The notes beneath the pieces were generated by a model. It saw only the letters and a program-made list of their open reading frames with translations, made no database searches and was not told where the DNA came from. Shown piece after piece: positions 53,761-57,668 of a stretch of 57,668 nucleotides of DNA (position 1 is the first letter of the stretch; each line of letters begins with the position of its first letter). The stretch is from a virus (taxonomy: Duplodnaviria; Caudoviricetes). Location of the stretch: positions 1 to 57,668 of the IMG/VR virus record IMGVR_UViG_3300035703_000107. The stretch is one strand, 5' to 3'. A program made the position numbers and the translations under genes.

Positions 53761-56217
53761 CTATCGTGCGTTAGCGTATTTAAAGGGGTTTTCTGCGAAA
53801 CAGGCGTATATGTATGTATTACCGCTATTGTTCCAGTTACCAGCAGAACTTTGTCTAATCTTAAAACCATTGGATACCATATCAATAAAATCTGAGCCAG
53901 TAAGTTCCGCACTAGAACTGTTTGGAAGCAAATTAGCCGTTGCCACATTGTATGTAGAACGAGATGTATCCATTAACTGCCAGCTTTGTGCAGCTGTAGC
54001 ATTTTTAACCATCACCCAACGAGGTCTAAACCCAGTAAACACAAACGGACCATCACTAGAACCATTACCTGTGTATGAGCCAAATGCAGAGTATCCAGCG
54101 ACTTCTGCAAAGCAGTAGGCTACCATTGTGTCGGAAATATTGTATCCACCTACTGTAAATACACTAGATGTGGGTGCAGTACTATTCCACCAATTGTTAT
54201 CGCTAGATTGGGCGTTAGTTAAATTAAGCTGTACCGCATATGCCGCACTAGGTAAAGACGCATGATAAACACCATGACTGTAAGCACCAGGATTTGTTCT
54301 GTGCATCCAAATAATCATTTTGGGCGCAACACCAAGCCCATGCCCAATGGTTGCAGTAGAGCCACTTCCAGTCCAAGTAACAATACTAAATCCAGCACTT
54401 GTATTAGCACTTACTGTAGATGTAATAGAACCTGCAGTGTTGGTTGAGCCTGAGCCATTGGCTTTCCACATCCAATCTACATAAGTTACACCATTAGCCC
54501 CGTAACTATTGAAGTTCGCACTTCCAGGAACTGCCGTATAGCCGTCTGAATTGAATGCCGACAAATAACCCCAGCTATCAGCAACCATTTCTGAAGCAGT
54601 TAAATTGCTACGAAGTGCCTTTGTAGCACCACGCACAGAATCGGCTAGCATATGGTCGTAAGCTGCACTTCTTGGTTTCGTCCAAACCAAATCAGGTGCA
54701 AATGGAACTCCTGTTACGGAATAAGTAGATCCGTTACCAGTTCTCGTGGCTATGGACATATACTTATTCGCCTGTGTAGATGCAGTAGCACCAATCGTAG
54801 GAGTAGGTAAGTTAAATGTGTTTAGTGCTACAAAGCCTGTTGGTGGGGTGTAGGCGAATGGGCGTTGACCGAAGTTAGTAAACCATCCATAGTTATCGCC
54901 TGTGTTTCCATACATAGAAACTTGTGGAACGATTGGTGAAGTTGGCAAAGTTGTAAATACATTACCTGTACCGCTTGCTGGCACACCGCTATTCATCCAT
55001 GTGCCGTTTTTACCAACCCATAATTTTCCAGCATCAACATCAAAGGCAATCATAATGACATCGCCACTAGTAGCTGAAGATACTGTGCCAGTTGAGTTAT
55101 CGCCTTGCAAATTACCATTAGCTTGATAACTACGAGTAGTTGAACCACCATAAGCATCACTTAAAGTAGATGTTGTAGTAGTCATTACTCCAATCATATT
55201 GTTGCCAACAGAACCAGTAGAGCCAGTAAATGTTCCTTCAAAATACCATTTTCCACTAGAAACACCTAAAGTTGCACGACAAGTAGACCAAGGAGAACCA
55301 GTATGACCAACACCAGTTCTTCTAAGATTACCTTCTGTTGGTGGGTTATCATAAGTATCAACAGGACTTAACACACAGTAATTAGCAGCAGTATCACTTG
55401 TCAGCGTAGGCACATCTGTCATGCTGTCATAAGTAGAGCCAGCGGTTACGCTGATGTTGTTTGGTGTCCAGTTGTTGCCGTTCCCGCTCGAGTCCTTGCC
55501 GATCGCAGCAGCAGTAGCAGCTGAGTTATCGGTGAAGGCCAGGTAGAACCCGTTGGTTCCGTAGGTGCCTGTGTATTTCTTGGGCACCCAGACTCCCGTG
55601 GATGCGGATGTTTCACCAAATGAGGATGGGGTTAGGGCTTGACCATCAATCCAATTTATTTCGGTAAGGTAAAAATCTGCGTAATAAAATGAACTCCATG
55701 AAGCGTCTGCACCATGTCTACCAACATACATCGGGTTTGTTGTTACTCCAAAAGGAGAAGAAAAACCTGAAGTAATTTCATTGTTAACTACTGTGGTTTG
55801 TTGAACACCATTGATATATACAATAATTCTACTTCCAGCAGAAGCATTGCTATTAAATGCAACTACAACATGATACCAAGCTGATGGGTCACGAAATACT
55901 GCATTTGTGTAGTATTTTTGATATCCGTCAGCATTAATAACTATTTGGTCATTAGCAGTAGAATTTGCAAAGTTTACTGACATATAATTAAAAGCTGATG
56001 TTCCAGTTGAGAACATTGTGTTATATGAAACAGTAGCTGTAAATTGACCCAGTTTAACCCAACCACTCCATGTCCAAGCAGTTCTTGTAGTAGTAGTTGT
56101 TGATGGGCTTCTACTTAAATAAGCAGAAGCACTAGACCGAAAGCGTAGGGAACGGGTCAGGTTGTACCCTGAAGACTGTCCCGAAGATCCTGCCAGGGCG
56201 TTATTAACGATCCCCAT
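53761..56217 (-). CDS. Tail fibre with LamG/ConA-like and SPRY-like domains
   Basis: SLRF, TWSGWVK, FRDPSAWYH, GKWYFE...GDVI.IAFD.D.GKLW.GKNG, FAENPFK. Confidence 0.8.
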   Translation of the reverse strand: MGIVNNALAGSSGQSSGYNLTRSLRFRSSASAYLSRSPSTTTTTRTAWTWSGWVKLGQFTATVSYNTMFSTGTSAFNYMSVNFANSTANDQIVINADGYQKYYTNAVFRDPSAWYHVVVAFNSNASAGSRIIVYINGVQQTTVVNNEITSGFSSPFGVTTNPMYVGRHGADASWSSFYYADFYLTEINWIDGQALTPSSFGETSASTGVWVPKKYTGTYGTNGFYLAFTDNSAATAAAIGKDSSGNGNNWTPNNISVTAGSTYDSMTDVPTLTSDTAANYCVLSPVDTYDNPPTEGNLRRTGVGHTGSPWSTCRATLGVSSGKWYFEGTFTGSTGSVGNNMIGVMTTTTSTLSDAYGGSTTRSYQANGNLQGDNSTGTVSSATSGDVIMIAFDVDAGKLWVGKNGTWMNSGVPASGTGNVFTTLPTSPIVPQVSMYGNTGDNYGWFTNFGQRPFAYTPPTGFVALNTFNLPTPTIGATASTQANKYMSIATRTGNGSTYSVTGVPFAPDLVWTKPRSAAYDHMLADSVRGATKALRSNLTASEMVADSWGYLSAFNSDGYTAVPGSANFNSYGANGVTYVDWMWKANGSGSTNTAGSITSTVSANTSAGFSIVTWTGSGSTATIGHGLGVAPKMIIWMHRTNPGAYSHGVYHASLPSAAYAVQLNLTNAQSSDNNWWNSTAPTSSVFTVGGYNISDTMVAYCFAEVAGYSAFGSYTGNGSSDGPFVFTGFRPRWVMVKNATAAQSWQLMDTSRSTYNVATANLLPNSSSAELTGSDFIDMVSNGFKIRQSSAGNWNNSGNTYIYACFAENPFKYANAR

Positions 56218-56621
56218 TAGCTATAGTTTCCTGTGAAGACAGCCTGGATCAGGCTCGAGGAACGCACGATGTAGTCGATCCGATCGACTGCGTTGGCAGT
56301 AGTCGAAAGGGTAGGAGCAGTACCGCCAGGGAACTTCCAGTTCGAGCTGTATGCCAGGGTGCGGCTACCCGTACCGTCTTGCACCACGAAGATAGAACCA
56401 GACTGACCTGCCACCGCATTGGTGGGGTTGCCAAGGGTTCTATTGCCGCCAAGGGTCACCACGAAGTTGCAGCTGGTGGACATATCCACCGCAACAGTGG
56501 CCGCATCGGTGAGAGTCGTCACCGTAGGCGCTAGTACGCCATCAATGGTATCGGTAGGGGTGAGCTCGCCAAGAGAGGTTACTGAGCCACCTGTGTAGAT
56601 TGATTTGACTATTTTCGGCAT
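56217..56621 (-). CDS. Tail protein
   Basis: VTLGGNRTL.NPTN...GQSG.I...QDGTGSRTL. Confidence 0.75.
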   Translation of the reverse strand: MPKIVKSIYTGGSVTSLGELTPTDTIDGVLAPTVTTLTDAATVAVDMSTSCNFVVTLGGNRTLGNPTNAVAGQSGSIFVVQDGTGSRTLAYSSNWKFPGGTAPTLSTTANAVDRIDYIVRSSSLIQAVFTGNYS

Positions 56622-56623
56622 TG

Positions 56624-57010
56624 TTATGTAGACACCAGTGAAATATTAGACGATGCACCTGCTGAAGTATAAAACGGCAGATACTGGTTATTAGGCAGTG
56701 CGATAGACGTGTACGTGCCTGCGGACGTGGTAAACGGAAACCGATAGTTCAGCGGGTTCACGATTGGCGTAACACCAAGGTGCCGTACTGAGATGTTGCT
56801 CGTCCCAGCGGGAGGAGCGGCAGAAAAGGTAAGGGTTGTCCCTGACACGGTATAGGTCGAAGGATCCTGGGTGACACCGCTTACGAGCACGAGGATCGAA
56901 GTAGTCGATGCTGGTGCAATGCTGAGCGTGAAAGCGGTCGTGGATCCATTCCCACTGAGAGTGTCAGTGGTGAACGATGTCGTCAGGAGAGGGTTACCTA
57001 GGTATGCCAT
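56624..57010 (-). CDS. Tail protein, paralogous to the N-terminal domain of 574..1776
   Basis: SGNGSTTAFTLS...Q.P..YTVSG.T.TF..APP.GT.NI.VR shared. Confidence 0.78.
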   Translation of the reverse strand: MAYLGNPLLTTSFTTDTLSGNGSTTAFTLSIAPASTTSILVLVSGVTQDPSTYTVSGTTLTFSAAPPAGTSNISVRHLGVTPIVNPLNYRFPFTTSAGTYTSIALPNNQYLPFYTSAGASSNISLVST

Positions 57011-57274
57011 TTATTCTTTCGGGTATTTCGCTTTGACTGCTAGGCAGTCGGCAATGTATTTGTCGATCTGGGCCTGGTCGCCTTTTACGACGCCATCAAT
57101 ATAATCGGTGATGGATGGGTATGCTGCTTGTCGTTTAGCCTTGTATGCGTTTGCCTGGGCGTAGGCTTCTACAGCGGCTTTGTCGTACTCAACATTGTTG
57201 CCTTCTGCATCGTAAGCGATGTCGCCACGAGTACATACTACCTGTGGATATAGTTTATAAATTGCATCGCTCAT
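57011..57274 (-). CDS. Small tail-associated protein
   Basis: Y...R..AYPSI.D..D...VKAKYPK. Confidence 0.75.
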   Translation of the reverse strand: MSDAIYKLYPQVVCTRGDIAYDAEGNNVEYDKAAVEAYAQANAYKAKRQAAYPSITDYIDGVVKGDQAQIDKYIADCLAVKAKYPKE

Positions 57275-57668
57275 GCTGCAATCTCCATTAAAGTCACAGA
57301 AGTCAAAACAGGACTTCCTCCATCTCGTCTTGAACCAACATAAAATGTGCCAGCAGCACCATCTCTGTAAGCGTATAAATTGTATGTAGTCGCACTTGTT
57401 GTTGCTGGTGAATCTAAATAGACTGCTGTAAAAGCCATATTTACATAATCAGCACCACCGTAAGTTACATACCAATCTGTTGCAAGAGTAGTTGATGTGC
57501 CTTTTCGCAAATCAATATGACCATTCATTCCTGATGTAGGAACTCCCAAAGTGCTATATGCAATAACTAATATATTGCTACTAGCAGATGTTGGAGTAAT
57601 TGTTGCAGAAAAACCTGTGCTAACGGCAGACCCACTTGAAGTGGAAAATGGCGTTTGTGTTCTTGTTT
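57271..57668 (-). CDS. 3' part of the origin-spanning tail-associated protein
   Basis: Open to the window end; YLDSPATTSATTY...SVTLMEIAA. Confidence 0.85.
   Translation of the reverse strand, partial: TRTQTPFSTSSGSAVSTGFSATITPTSASSNILVIAYSTLGVPTSGMNGHIDLRKGTSTTLATDWYVTYGGADYVNMAFTAVYLDSPATTSATTYNLYAYRDGAAGTFYVGSRRDGGSPVLTSVTLMEIAA
57542..57668. repeat. Terminal direct repeat (circular assembly overlap), copy 2
   Basis: Identical to 1-127. Confidence 0.95.

Noticed and set aside
51098-57668. Diversity-generating retroelement or invertible tail cassette
   Set aside because: No reverse transcriptase, no template/variable repeat pair noticed, no invertase

Overview
This window is a complete, circularly assembled genome (about 57,541 bp; bases 1-127 repeat exactly at 57542-57668) of a temperate tailed phage with a podovirus-like layout. 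The host is probably a Gram-negative proteobacterium (inference). The minus-strand late arm runs terS-terL-portal-scaffold-major capsid, a GT9 glycosyltransferase, adaptors and a long mosaic tail-fibre cluster that crosses the origin. It continues through lysis genes, nozzle, GNAT and ejection proteins to a 3027-aa polyvalent protein. The plus-strand early region (14.8-21.7 kb) has small ORFs, structured intergenic elements and an amidoligase/class II glutamine amidotransferase pair. A cI-like switch at 26.9 kb separates a leftward replication operon (primase-helicase, HslV-like peptidase, resolvase) from a rightward recombination operon (ERF, Cas4-like nuclease, Xis-like protein). A tyrosine integrase is followed by an attP matching the 3' half of a tRNA-Ile2(CAU). 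No DNA or RNA polymerase was seen. The most interesting observations are a shared [YMF]ADGG tag on unrelated virion proteins, a glycosyltransferase inside the head operon, the amidoligase/micro-ORF/GATase cassette, a triple GAAGC-hairpin-GCGG element, and an initiator-like tRNA with a non-canonical anticodon stem. All family assignments come from motif recognition by eye, not database searches.
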